A stretch of DNA of 63,122 bases, counting the filler, from Octopus bimaculoides (Eukaryota), in NCBI RefSeq assembly GCF_001194135.2. It is 5 parts of 4 records of this genome, joined end to end, with 100 filler letters (N's around TTAATTAATTAA, not from the genome) between each part and the next. Parts side by side here need not be neighbours in the genome. Positions count along the whole stretch, not along the records: positions 14,204 to 37,801 come from NC_068985.1; positions 37,902 to 49,800 come from NC_068986.1; 3 more parts are not named here. One strand, given 5' to 3'. A model generated the notes under the pieces. It was not told the origin of the DNA, searched no databases, and saw nothing but the letters and a program-made list of their open reading frames with translations. Position 1 is the first letter of the stretch. Each line of letters starts with the position of its first letter. A program made the translations under genes and the position numbers. Positions 34,259 through 45,565 of the stretch are shown one piece after another.

Positions 34259-34620
34259 CTTTTCTACTCTAAGCACAGGGCCCGAAATTTTGGGGGGAGG
34301 AGTGGGCAGTCGATTAGATCGACCCCAGTACGCAACTGACACTTAATTTATCGACCCCGAAAGTATGAAAGGCAAAGTCAACCTCAGCGGAATTTGAACT
34401 CAGAACGTAATTAGCAGACGGAATACCGCTAAGCATTTCGCTCGGCGTGCTAACATTTCTTATTTCTTTACTGCCCACAAGGGGTTACACACAGAGGGGA
34501 CAAACAAGGATAGACAAACGGATTAAGTCGATTATATCGACCCCAGTGCGTAATTGGTACTTATTTAATCGACCCGAAAGGATGAAAGGCAAAGTCGACC
34601 TCGGCGGAATTTGAACTCAG
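34259..34620 (-). mobile_element. Two tandem SINE family M copies with different tails
   Basis: 34259-34455 ends in gggccctgtgcttagagtagaaaaga. 34456-34620 ends in tttgtcccctctgtgtgtaaccccttgtgggcagtaaagaaata. Confidence 0.9.
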
Positions 34621-35137
34621 NNNNNNNNNNNNNNNNNNNNNNNNNNNNNNNNNNNNNNNNNNNNNNNNNNNNNNNNNNNNNNNNNNNNNNNNNNNNNNNN
34701 NNNNNNNNNNNNNNNNNNNNNNNNNNNNNNNNNNNNNNNNNNNNNNNNNNNNNNNNNNNNNNNNNNNNNNNNNNNNNNNNNNNNNNNNNNNNNNNNNNNN
34801 NNNNNNNNNNNNNNNNNNNNNNNNNNNNNNNNNNNNNNNNNNNNNNNNNNNNNNNNNNNNNNNNNNNNNNNNNNNNNNNNNNNNNNNNNNNNNNNNNNNN
34901 NNNNNNNNNNNNNNNNNNNNNNNNNNNNNNNNNNNNNNNNNNNNNNNNNNNNNNNNNNNNNNNNNNNNNNNNNNNNNNNNNNNNNNNNNNNNNNNNNNNN
35001 NNNNNNNNNNNNNNNNNNNNNNNNNNNNNNNNNNNNNNNNNNNNNNNNNNNNNNNNNNNNNNNNNNNNNNNNNNNNNNNNNNNNNNNNNNNNNNNNNNNN
35101 NNNNNNNNNNNNNNNNNNNNNNNNNNNNNNNNNNNNN

Positions 35138-35176
<39 letters not shown>

Positions 35177-35235
35177 AGATAGATAAATAGATAGATAGAT
35201 ATGTACAGAGAGAAAGAGAGGAAGAGAGAGAAAAG

Positions 35236-35274
<39 letters not shown>

Positions 35275-35768
35275 GATCAGTAGAGAGAGAAAGGGTGAGA
35301 GAGAGAACGGTAGATAGTTCACGAGATAAATAAATAGGCAGGTACAGATTTTAGACAGCATAACGGGAATACAAATCTGTTTTGCAAGTGGAGTTGAAGG
35401 ATAAATTAGCCAAAAATCAACCATCAATAATTAATAAAACTTATTTGTATGAGTTTCTAATATGTTTCATATAATTAATTGTTTTTATCAGTATTTTCAA
35501 ATTAAGCTGTCTTCAAATTACAATAACGAAAGACTTGTCAAATTTTCAAAGAGGTCATATGGCAGCAGCATGATTAACAGGAATCTGTGTATCAGAAACT
35601 GATAAGATGTTTGATGATTCTCGAAGAATATTGTTGAAAGTGATTTCTGCATACTCTCCAAGACAAAGAGGGGGAAAAATGCTCGACGAAGAGAAATAGT
35701 TGGGGAAAAGAAATCTCATTGAAGAGCAAGGCGGACATCAATACAATTTTATTATCATCAAAAGTGGG

Positions 35769-36660
35769 AAGGTGACGAGCTGGCAGAATCGTTAGCACGC
35801 TGGACGAAATGATTACCGGTATTTCACTCGTTGCTGCGCTCTGATCTCATATTCCGCTGAGGTCGACTTCGTTTTACATCCTTTCGGGGTTGATAAATTA
35901 CTAGTGAAACACGGGTCGATGTAATCGACTTATCCCTTCGTACAAAATTTCAGGCCTTATGCCTATAGTAGAAAGGTTTATTATCAAAAGGGGGCAAGTT
36001 CACAGAATCATTAGTAGGCCGGACAAAATATTTTACGGCATTTGGTCCTTTTTGCCGTTGTGAGTTCAAATTCCACAGAGTTCGACTTTGTTTTTCATTC
36101 TTTCGGGGGTCGATAAATTAAGTATCAGTGAAGAACCGGGATCATTGTAATCGACTTGCCTCCTCCCTGAAAATTGCTGACCTTGTGCCAAAATTTGAAG
36201 CCATTATTATGAAAAAAGCGGCAAGCTGACAGAACCATTAGCATGCAGGACAAAATGCTTAGCGGCATTTCGCCCGTCTTTACCGTCTGAGTTCAAATTC
36301 CATCGAAGTATATTTTGCCTATTATGATTTCAGGGTTGATAAATTAAGTATCAGTCAAGTAATGAGATCGATTTAATCGACTCCCCGTTACATCCTTAAA
36401 ACCTGCTGGTACTGTACCAAAATTTGAAACCGTTATTATTATTAATAAGGCTGCGGGTCAGTGGAATAGTTAGCGCGTCAGGCGAAATGCTCAGTGGCAG
36501 TCTGTCCGTCTTTACGTTCTGAGTGTAAATTCCGCCGAAATCAAGTTTGCTTTTCATCCTTTCGGGGTCGATAAAATAAGTACCACTTTAACACCGGTGT
36601 TGATGTTATCGACTTACCTCTTCTCTCGAGTTTGCTGGACTTGTGCCAAATTTTGAAACC
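35769..36660 (+). mobile_element. Four head-to-tail SINE family M copies
   Basis: Units ~35769-35976, 35988-36202, 36215-36431 and 36447-36660, separated by short ATT tracts and mutually diverged. Confidence 0.9.
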
Positions 36661-37154
36661 ATTATTATTATTATTATCATCATCATCATTATTGTTATTA
36701 TTATTAATGAAAACGATCAGTTTATTTTAAAATGGTATGATAGAAAGTGTCAGATGCCCACAGCCAGTAGACCAAAGTGATGCCAGTTTACTTATCATGC
36801 TTCAAGAACATTGCAGAGACATCTCGCAGTTCCAAGAACCATCATGTTTTCTCCTCTTCTGTCTTGTAGCGTGGCGAGCAGGGGCTCAATTACGACCGGG
36901 CCTAGCCTACGTGGAGCCTTGGATTTTTGAAAGCGCCAGACACTCGCCTTTTTGCTTCCTTCTCCTGTTAATTCGGTGACAGCTTGGAGTTGGGCTTGAT
37001 TGTCAGAGGCTACGATTTGTGCAGGCCATTGCAGCATTCAATAAGCGAAGGGTACTCAAATCCCTTCACCACCCCAACAATTTGTCAGTTTTGCTTATCA
37101 TTATTATTAATCATATGCACACAAGAGATTAGACTGTTGGGAAAGAAAAATTCC

Positions 37155-37540
37155 TAACATCGAGTTACAAGTAATCTTAGATGCCAAGAACCCTTCAAAG
37201 GATCCTAGCTGTCCCTAACAACATTGTTTTCTGCAGCTGTAATAAACTGGGTTTTATGCCTATTGTCTCTATCCATCTGTTCAAATCTTTAGGGATAGTT
37301 CCTAATGCACCTATAACTACAGGGATTCATTTTACCCACACTTTCCATAGTCTCCGTAATTCAATAGCTAGGTCCTGGTACTTTGCTATTTTCTCTATAC
37401 CTCTCATTGATTTTTCATCTTTTGGGACAGTAAAGTTAATTATATGGCACTTTCTATTCTCGTTATCTACTACTACTAAATCAGGCCTTCTAGCTTCTAT
37501 TACACTCCCAATCTGAATGTTAAGGTCCCACACCGTCTTT
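37155..37540 (-). mobile_element. R4/Dong-like RLE LINE, 3' fragment
   Basis: VWDLNIQIGSVIEARRPDLVVVD..KCHIINFTVP..EKIAKYQDLAIELRRLW...PVVIGALGTIP...LQKTMLLGTARILWRVL (PD-(D/E)xK domain). Confidence 0.92.
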
Positions 37541-37552
37541 AATATATATATT

Positions 37553-37996
37553 TCGAAACACGGAGTAGATGGAACAGGGACAACTGACGAAGGGGTATAC
37601 TCTTTATGTTGCATGTCCCGTTTCTCTGTTTGCTTTTTTTTTCGTTGTTCGAAAAAAGTTCGTTTTCTGTTTTCGTTTTTATGTTTTCGTTTCTCATTGT
37701 ACTTAATATTTTTTCTGATGTCCTGTACCCATATATGCATGTTTGTATACATATAGATGTAGTTATGTACATATATGTATGGATACACACACACACACAC
37801 ANNNNNNNNNNNNNNNNNNNNNNNNNNNNNNNNNNNNNNNNNNNNTTAATTAATTAANNNNNNNNNNNNNNNNNNNNNNNNNNNNNNNNNNNNNNNNNNN
37901 NATTATATGATTGAATGCCACACATCCTCTTCCAAGTAAGTTTTATCTTAATAATTCTGATGCGCACTCTATACTATCTTTTTACTCTTTCATTTT

Positions 37997-38031
<35 letters not shown>

Positions 38032-38600
38032 CTTTTACCTCCTCCTCTCCCACTACTCTATCCTTTTACTCTGTCACTCTCTCTCCCCCTCACTCCTCCT
38101 CCCTTGCTCACGTGGCTCCCATGTGACTATCGGCCATCTTTCTTTCTTTCTCCTAACTTGTGATTATTTCTTTCTCTCCGTTGTAGCTAGAACTAGGAAG
38201 ACATGTTCTTGTCTGTCTCCTGTCCATGCTTGGTTTATGCGTTCGCCACCACAACCTCGTTTGGGCTTATCAGCACTTCCTGTTTGTTTTCACTGTCCTG
38301 TTTGCATTACCAATTTTGACCCTCTGCAAAATCCCAAATTTTATTTAATTTGCATTGCGGGAGCAACTGTTTTATCGAAAGCGTATCTTGTTGTTAAATG
38401 CTCGGAATATGAGAGTAGAAAAAACAGCCAACAGCTGATGAAGGGTCGTTCTTTATGTAATTTGTCTTGTTTTCCATTTGTGTCTTTCGTTGTTCGAAAA
38501 AATAGTTCATATTCCATGTACTCGTACTTCATATTTTTTGTTGTACATGTTTCGTGATGTCCTGTGCCTACATATATATACATATATATGCATATGTGTT
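37553..38600. repeat. Non-coding tandem repeat family X (partial unit, gap, diverged unit)
   Basis: Shares cgaaac.cggagtagatg, ctgaYgaaggg..tctttatg, TTTTCG tracts and attatatgatYgaaYgccacacatcc with 61660-63045. Confidence 0.85.
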
Positions 38601-38672
38601 TTTGCTAACTATTATGATGAGTTACACTTAACTTTGGAAAGATAGTTTGGCCTGGGAGAAAGGTGAGTGTTT

Positions 38673-40440
38673 AGATCTATTCTATTTGACGGACATATTT
38701 TTTAATTAATATTTTTAAAATAAACACTTTGAAACTTTGGATACTGGTAGAATGTGTCACACAGATCAGGGTTTACTCTTAACGTTTTTGACAAAATTTT
38801 GTATTTTAGAAGTTATTTCATGTTAAAGTTGTCATATTTAGGTAATTTTAACCAATCAATGACATGTATTCAGCTGAAGAAAATTACTCCTGCTGTTTGG
38901 GAACAACAACTTCTGGGTCCATTGACACACAATCAAACCAATGAAAGAGCCTGTACCTGGTCGCTCGACATGCTAAAAATAGCAGCCAAAGTATCCTCTT
39001 ACCTAAATCACATGCCCATTGTATGTAATGTCCAAGATTATCCTTAACAAGATGGTTTACTGAAAGCTGGAATGTCTTTGATGATAGGTTTGCTGTATCA
39101 GGGTTGATTTGAAGCTAAATAATAACAAAATTATTACTGAGACAGACCAACGACGGAGCCTGTATATGATTGCATGACTTGCTAGAAAAAGTAGCCAAAC
39201 TTTTTTATGTACAGAATAGAAAAACCTCTGACACATTCAACCAGTATCCAAAGTTTCAAACTGTTTAGTTAAAAATGATTAATTAAAAAATCTGTGACTT
39301 AGATTGACAAGATCCATGAAACTACTTTCGTACAGCACTGGATATTAGCCATAATATGTACCGAGTTCCCATAACATTTTCTATTCATTTCATACAAAAA
39401 TCGGAATAAATTACGCTAGTCAAGGGAATCCCAATATTTGGAATATGGATACTAGCTATCTTTTATTCTTTCGACTTTTCTTTAACTTTAGCTGCTTCAT
39501 CATTCTGTGAAGAATATTGTTTTAACCATAGGATAGCTCTGATTGTAATGGATTTGTGAGAAAAGGCGTTCCAGCCTTGATCATTTTGTTTTATTCTTTT
39601 CTAGAAGTAATGAATTCCTAGGCAAACTTTATCAAATAATATAAACTTGCATTATTTTTTTTTCTTGAAGATGGAAATTTCATTTTTCTTTTTGTCAGGA
39701 AAATTTGGTTGCTCTTTCGAGCAACTCGAGCGACCAAGTAAAGGCTCTCTTGTTGCCTCGTCTCGTTCCCTTCTTCACTGTTTTTTTAGATCTGATTGAA
39801 CAGATATGATCAAAGACGTCCCAATTGTGACCATTCCGTCTTTCTTCCCAGACATAATGGACTCTATGTGTATATCACAGGATAGAGGTTTTTCTATTTT
39901 GTATATAAAAAAAGTTTGGCTACTTTTTCTAGCAGGTCATGCAACCACATACAGGCTCCATCATTAGTCTGTCTCAGTAATAATTTTGTTGTTATTTAGC
40001 CTCAAATCAACCCTGATACAGCAAACCTATCATCAAAGACATCCTATCCTTCAGCAAACCATCTTTTTAGGGATAATCTTGGAATTTACATACAATGGGC
40101 ATGTGATTTAGGTAGGGGGATACTTTGGCTGCTATTTTTAGCATGTCGAGCGACCAGGTAGAGTCTCTTTTATTGGTTCGATTGTGTGTCAATGGAACCC
40201 GAAGTTGTTGTTCACAAACAGCAACAGTAATTTTATTCAGCTGAATACACATCATTGATTGGTTAAAATTACCCAAATATGACAATTTTAACACGAATAA
40301 CTTCTAAAATACAAAATTTTGTCAAAAACGTTAAGAGTAAGCCCTGTTATATGTGACACATTCTACCAGTATCCAAAGTTTCAAAGTGTTTAGTTTTAAA
40401 AAATTAATTAAAACATCTGTCCTTCAAATGGAATAGATCC
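38673..40440. mobile_element. 1.77-kb foldback-type non-autonomous DNA element with ~550-bp inverted arms
   Basis: 38673-39230 is the diverged reverse complement of 39885-40440. Termini are (A/G)GATCTATT. Flanks GAGTGTTT (38665-38672) and GAGTGTTG (40441-40448) form an 8-bp TSD with one mismatch. Confidence 0.85.
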
Positions 40441-40771
40441 GAGTGTTGTTTAACTTTGGTCTTCATTGTGTCCAACTTCAAAGCATCACAAAAATAAAGT
40501 TTCAAACAGTTGGGCTGCTATAGTTATGTTCTATTTATCAAGGTCATTCTTAAACATTGATCCTCAGTAGGTAGCTAGCTATTCTCCTCATATTTTTATA
40601 CAATCGCAGAACATGCACAACAGATAACTTTTCCATTTTATAATAGATACATCATTCAGTAATCAACAATATCTTATGTTTTCCGAATTTTTTCTTTCTT
40701 GCATTTTTACTTTTTTTCTTTTTTTTTCCTTAAAAAAAATAGAAGTTAATTGATAGAAATCTATTACTTAC

Positions 40772-40891
40772 CAATGCAGTGTGTGAAATTAACTTTTATG
40801 TATCCAGATTTACACATACACGTAAAACTACCAATAATATTTCTACAATTGTGTTCACAGCCACCATTTGACACCAAGCATTCATTTACAT
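40772..40891 (-). CDS. Calcium-binding EGF-domain exon 2 (phase 1-1)
   Basis: gatttcttttag|(D)[39 protein letters not shown]|gtaagt; 120 nt; full cbEGF consensus with six Cys. Confidence 0.95.
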
Positions 40892-40965
40892 CTAAAAGAA
40901 ATCAATTGAAAATTTCAATTTAAAATTCATAATATAAGCCAAACTTGCTATCTTATATAATAATA

Positions 40966-41005
<40 letters not shown>

Positions 41006-41042
41006 TAATAATAATGATGATAATAATAATAATAATATAGTA

Positions 41043-42405
41043 AGGCGTATGATATCTCACACTCTTGGATAATGGAATGTATGAACCTATTTGGTATTGC
41101 ATCGAATGTTGAGCAATTGCTTGGAAAAAGTATAGCGAATTGGAGGACGAACCTGACAGCATACAGAAGAGGTTTAGGGACAGTAGAAATCAGGAGGGGC
41201 ATCTTCCAAGGGGACTGCCTGTCCCCACTGATCTTTGTACTGTGTTTGATACCACTAACACTGATTCTGAGGAAAGCAAAAGCTGGGTATGTATTCAAAA
41301 GCCACCAACAAAAAGTCAACCATTTGTTATTCATGGATGACCTCAAACTTTATGGTAAAGATGAAGCCCAAGTCAGTTCCCTCATTGATACAGTGTATAC
41401 TTTCAGTGCTGATATCAGAATGGAGTTTGGACTGAGAAAGTGTGGTGTTAGTCTTGAAGAGAGACAAAATCAAATGTATAAACGGGCTATCGATACTGTC
41501 AGGAGAGGTTATGAAGCAGATAGAAAAGACGGGCTATAAGTACTTGGGAATTTTTTTTGGAAATGAATAAATTGATGGAGAAAGAAATGACAGAAAATTT
41601 AAGGTGGAGTACATGCGCAGACTGAGACTGATCCTTGGACAGTAGATGAACTAAACAGCTTAGACAGAAAGACAAGAAAGTTGCTAACTAGATAAGGACA
41701 ATCCACAGAACCACTATTATTAGAAGTAAGGTGAGGCTTGTGTAGGATGAAATATTGCAAAGATAAAGCACTGCATAAGCAATTGAAAATGAATGAAACT
41801 GAAAATAGATGGGTAAAGAAAAGAATGCATGGACAATTTTATAGGGATGTTGAAGATAAGACAAACGGAGAAAAAAGATGGCTGTGGATGACTAAAAGTG
41901 ATTTAAAACAGGAAACGGAGGCTCTAATCCGTGCTGTCCAAGAGCAAGCACTAAGAACAAACTGCATAAAATACAGAGTAGTCAACACATCAGAAAGTGA
42001 TGAGTGCAGAATCTGTGGACAAAATGGTGAAACTGTATGGCATATTACCAACCAATGTAGGCCACTAGCCCAGAAGGAATATAAGAGACACCACAACAAT
42101 ATAGCAAGGCTTGTCCATTGGACGTTTTGCAACAAGTATGGTCTTAACAGAGAAAAAAATTGGTATGACCACAAACCCGAAAATGATAATGGCAACATTG
42201 GAAATGATAATGCAAAGATCCTGTGGGATCTTATGATTCAGTACGACCATGAGATAGAAAATAGGATGCCAGACATAGTCTTAATTGAGAAAGAAAGTAA
42301 ACTATGCTGGATCATAGATATAGTATGCCCAGCTGACAACAAGGTATGCGATAAGGAAGAAAGAAAAGTTGATAGGTATGACAGGTTAGCTTGGGAGGTT
42401 AACGC
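41043..42405 (+). mobile_element. R4/Dong-like RLE LINE (RT, CCHC, RLE), degenerate with internal deletions
   Basis: KAYD.SHSWI, RRGIFQGDCLSPLIF, NHLLFMDDLKLY, MHGQF, CRICGQNGETVWHITNQC, LWDLMIQYDHEIENRMPDIVL..CWIIDIVCP. Confidence 0.95.
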
Positions 42406-42619
42406 TGAAGGCAGATTCATAGAATAATCTTATTGAGAACATGTGATGTGCACATTTGTTTTTTAAATTAAAATACATTTGTTTTATTAAATAGCCAAAT
42501 ATACCTTCAAATACCTCTCACACTCTGTATTGAACCAAAAATAATGAGGAGACTAATAAAAATGCCAAATTGTAAAACTTTGATAGGGTTGCTAGCTGAT
42601 GAAATATACTTTTATATGA

Positions 42620-42830
42620 AAAACATAAAGTACTGAAGGGGATGGGTAACAAGGGATCTACTGATCTGCAAATTGGATAAGAATATAAGCAGAAAGTTGA
42701 GAAAATCTTGAACACAAAACTAAATAAAAGGAAAATCATTAATGGAATTGACACCTCGACAATACTAGGGATTACTTAATCTGCTGCCTTTCATCAGTGA
42801 ATGAAAAATGAACTCAATGAAATAGATTAA
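42620..42830 (+). mobile_element. Additional R4/Dong-like fragment
   Basis: EY.QKVEKILNTKLN..KIINGI...W..NEL.EID pattern of the post-RT region. Confidence 0.5.
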
Positions 42831-43090
42831 GTTACTTCCATGGAGCAGTATTATTAGACTGCGTTTGTCAAGAAAAAGGGATCCAGATGTCCATTTAAAA
42901 TAACATAGCAAACTTGGATATTATAGGACTACAGGTGTATGTTAAGAAAAATGGTAAGAAGCTTATATGTGCAATCAGTGATGATGCATGGAGACAAAAA
43001 AGGATTACAAACAATAGAAAAAAAAGAGGAAATAAATAAAGAAAAAACAGGGAATTATAATAGGTAAAAGCTTGGCTTTTAAGAACTTTG

Positions 43091-43455
43091 GTAAAAAGTG
43101 GTAAGAACTTTGCTTCTTAGCCACATAGTTCTAGGTTCAGTCCACAGCATGGTACTTTGAGCAAATGTCTTCTACTGTAGCCTCGGGCTGACCGAAGCCT
43201 TGTGAGTGGATTTGATAGACAGAAGCTGAAAGAAGCCCATTGTATATGTGTCTGTGTTTGTTCCCCTCACCTCCACTTGACAACCAGTGTTGGTGTGTTT
43301 ATATCCTTGTAACTTGGTGGTTTGGCAAAAGAGTCTGACAGAGTAAGTACCAGGCTCAGAAAAAAATGTACTGGGATCTATTTGTTTGATTAAAATTCTT
43401 CAAGATGGTACCCCAGCATGGTTGCAGTCTGATGACTGAAACAAATAAAAGATAA
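43091..43455 (+). mobile_element. SINE family K
   Basis: gtggtaag..cttgctt..ccacatagttctaggttcagtcc...gactgaaacaaataaaag. Confidence 0.87.
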
Positions 43456-44625
43456 TAAATATTTGATTTTAAATACCCCTAAAGGGAAATTTTATCAACA
43501 AATTGCTTGAATAATCTCAGTTAATCAAAATTTTTCCTCTCACTTTATTACATATGTGAGGCCCTACTATATGTGTACTTATACAGAATATACCACTGAG
43601 GTGTTTTTCCTCTGCCATATTGTTGGTTTTCATAGTAAATGTCACTACATTCCCCCTCTCTCTGTTGGTTTCACTGCTTCACCAGTTGGCTTTAAAGACT
43701 TGATTCACTCTAATTTGCATTGTCTTTATTTTTCATAAATTTTGATTAGCTAAAGCTTTAAAGTTACTTACCTTACATATTCTTTTTTTAGTTTTTAGAT
43801 TCTAAAAGGCTTTAAGGACTAAGAGTTTTGCATGGGGATAATTGAAGTTAATCAAAGTTTTTTAATTTGTTACAGTAAATATGTGAGACTCCACAAAAGG
43901 AAAACAAGGCACAAGGGCTGAGTGCTTAATGAAATTTGCTTTGCAATCTCAGAGCTCCAAGAAGTTTTATTAATAAAGTTGTGAGAAAGGATTTCACTCC
44001 CCTTATATTCAAAAGTAAATTTAGTTGCAGCATAGTGCAATGGAATATATTCATAGGCAAAATCATACTTGTAATTAACTCAAAAGCATTGTTATATTTT
44101 GTTGTATAAGTATTAGTGGGAATGGATATTGTATTGATTTACAGTTGTTTCAACTACTCATTGCATTATAGAGTAAGTGGTTGTACTCTTAATGTTCAGA
44201 GATGAGTTATGTTTTTTTCTTGGCTCAAATTCCATCTGATGCTTTTTGTTAGGGATGAATTTTGTTTTCATTTACTAGGGTGAAATATTTTAATTTGGTA
44301 AGACTGCTGCATAGAATGTTATCAAATAATTTTCAACTCTAAGAACCATCATTAGGTTCACATCACTAGTTTAACAAGTTGACAATAGAAGATATTATCT
44401 TCAACTGTTATTCTATTCTCTTCCAAACTGGTAAAACAAATTTGCAGAGAGGTCTGTAAAGTATCAAGCAGAGCTCTCTACCATTGGGCTGTCAATATGC
44501 TCTTCAAGATTAATGTACTTGTCAAGGAAGTTGCCCTTGATCAACAGAAGAAGCCATCAGTACAAAATAAGATAATAAATAAGAACAGCAAAATGTGTGC
44601 AGTGAATAATGCAATAGCAACATAC

Positions 44626-44745
44626 CAACACACTGAGTGTCGTTAATGAGATTATAACCAGGTTGACAAGAACATTTGTAGCTTCCTATTGTATTGCTAC
44701 AGACCTGTTGGCAGCTTCCATTGTCTGATAAACATTCATTAATAT
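44626..44745 (-). CDS. Calcium-binding EGF-domain exon 1 (phase 1-1)
   Basis: ctgtttgttatttcag|(D)[39 protein letters not shown]|gtatgt; 120 nt; full cbEGF consensus. Confidence 0.95.
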
Positions 44746-45537
44746 CTGAAATAACAAACAGGAGAAATTGTCAAATGGTAAGAAAATATAGTGATGGATG
44801 TTTTTTAAATGTAAGTTATTTCAAGATTTAACTCATTAAGGTTTGAGATTAAATTCTTCAATATTTAATAATTTTGTTGTTGATTGATTTTCAACTCAGA
44901 CTGTAAAATTAGATATGAAAATAATTTTATTTTCTAAATTTTCTATCAATAGAATTATCTGAAATGACAGAATCAGTCCATTACCCTTATCTTTATCATT
45001 GTCATAACACCAGCATCACTACCACATTCATTACAACTGTAGCTAAAAAATACCACCACCAGTATGACAGCTAAAATCATCTTCACCTCTATCTCTACTA
45101 CCGCTTCTTTAGTAACACTTCTATAACCATTTCTAAAGTAGCTGCTTTTTCAGACACTAGAGTCACCAGCATCCACGTCACTACCAAAATGAGTATATCA
45201 ATATTGATTGTCATTACCTGTACAATAAGGACTGCAGTCAATACCACTACCCTCACCACCATGATAATAGTAATGATGGTGGTAATAGCAGTGCTGATGG
45301 TGATAGTAGTGGTGCTATGTCTATTGCCACCATCTCAACAATATAGCTACTGCCTACCTCTACTGCCCCTATTTAGGCTATTAACAGCTGCTACCATCAC
45401 CACCCCTTCCATCCACCCCTGCTACTCACCTGTACCACCACCACCACCACTCGTCATTTGCTCTCTTGATCCCTGGCAATCTGTCAACTAAGCAATACTG
45501 AATACATTGAAGAATAGTGATGTGTTTGTCCATTTAC

Positions 45538-45565
45538 CAATCCCAAACTGGTTACACTGGTCACT
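45538..45565 (-). CDS. Candidate 28-nt exon (phase 0-1) preceding cbEGF1
   Basis: ttccctctaatacag|SDQCNQFGI(G)|gtaaat; the trailing G completes the Asp codon of DINEC. Confidence 0.45.

Noticed and set aside
35769-36660. Regularly spaced repeats suggesting a CRISPR-like array
   Set aside because: The units are ~220-bp SINE copies found dispersed elsewhere, with no short repeat-unique spacer structure and no cas genes, in a eukaryotic context.
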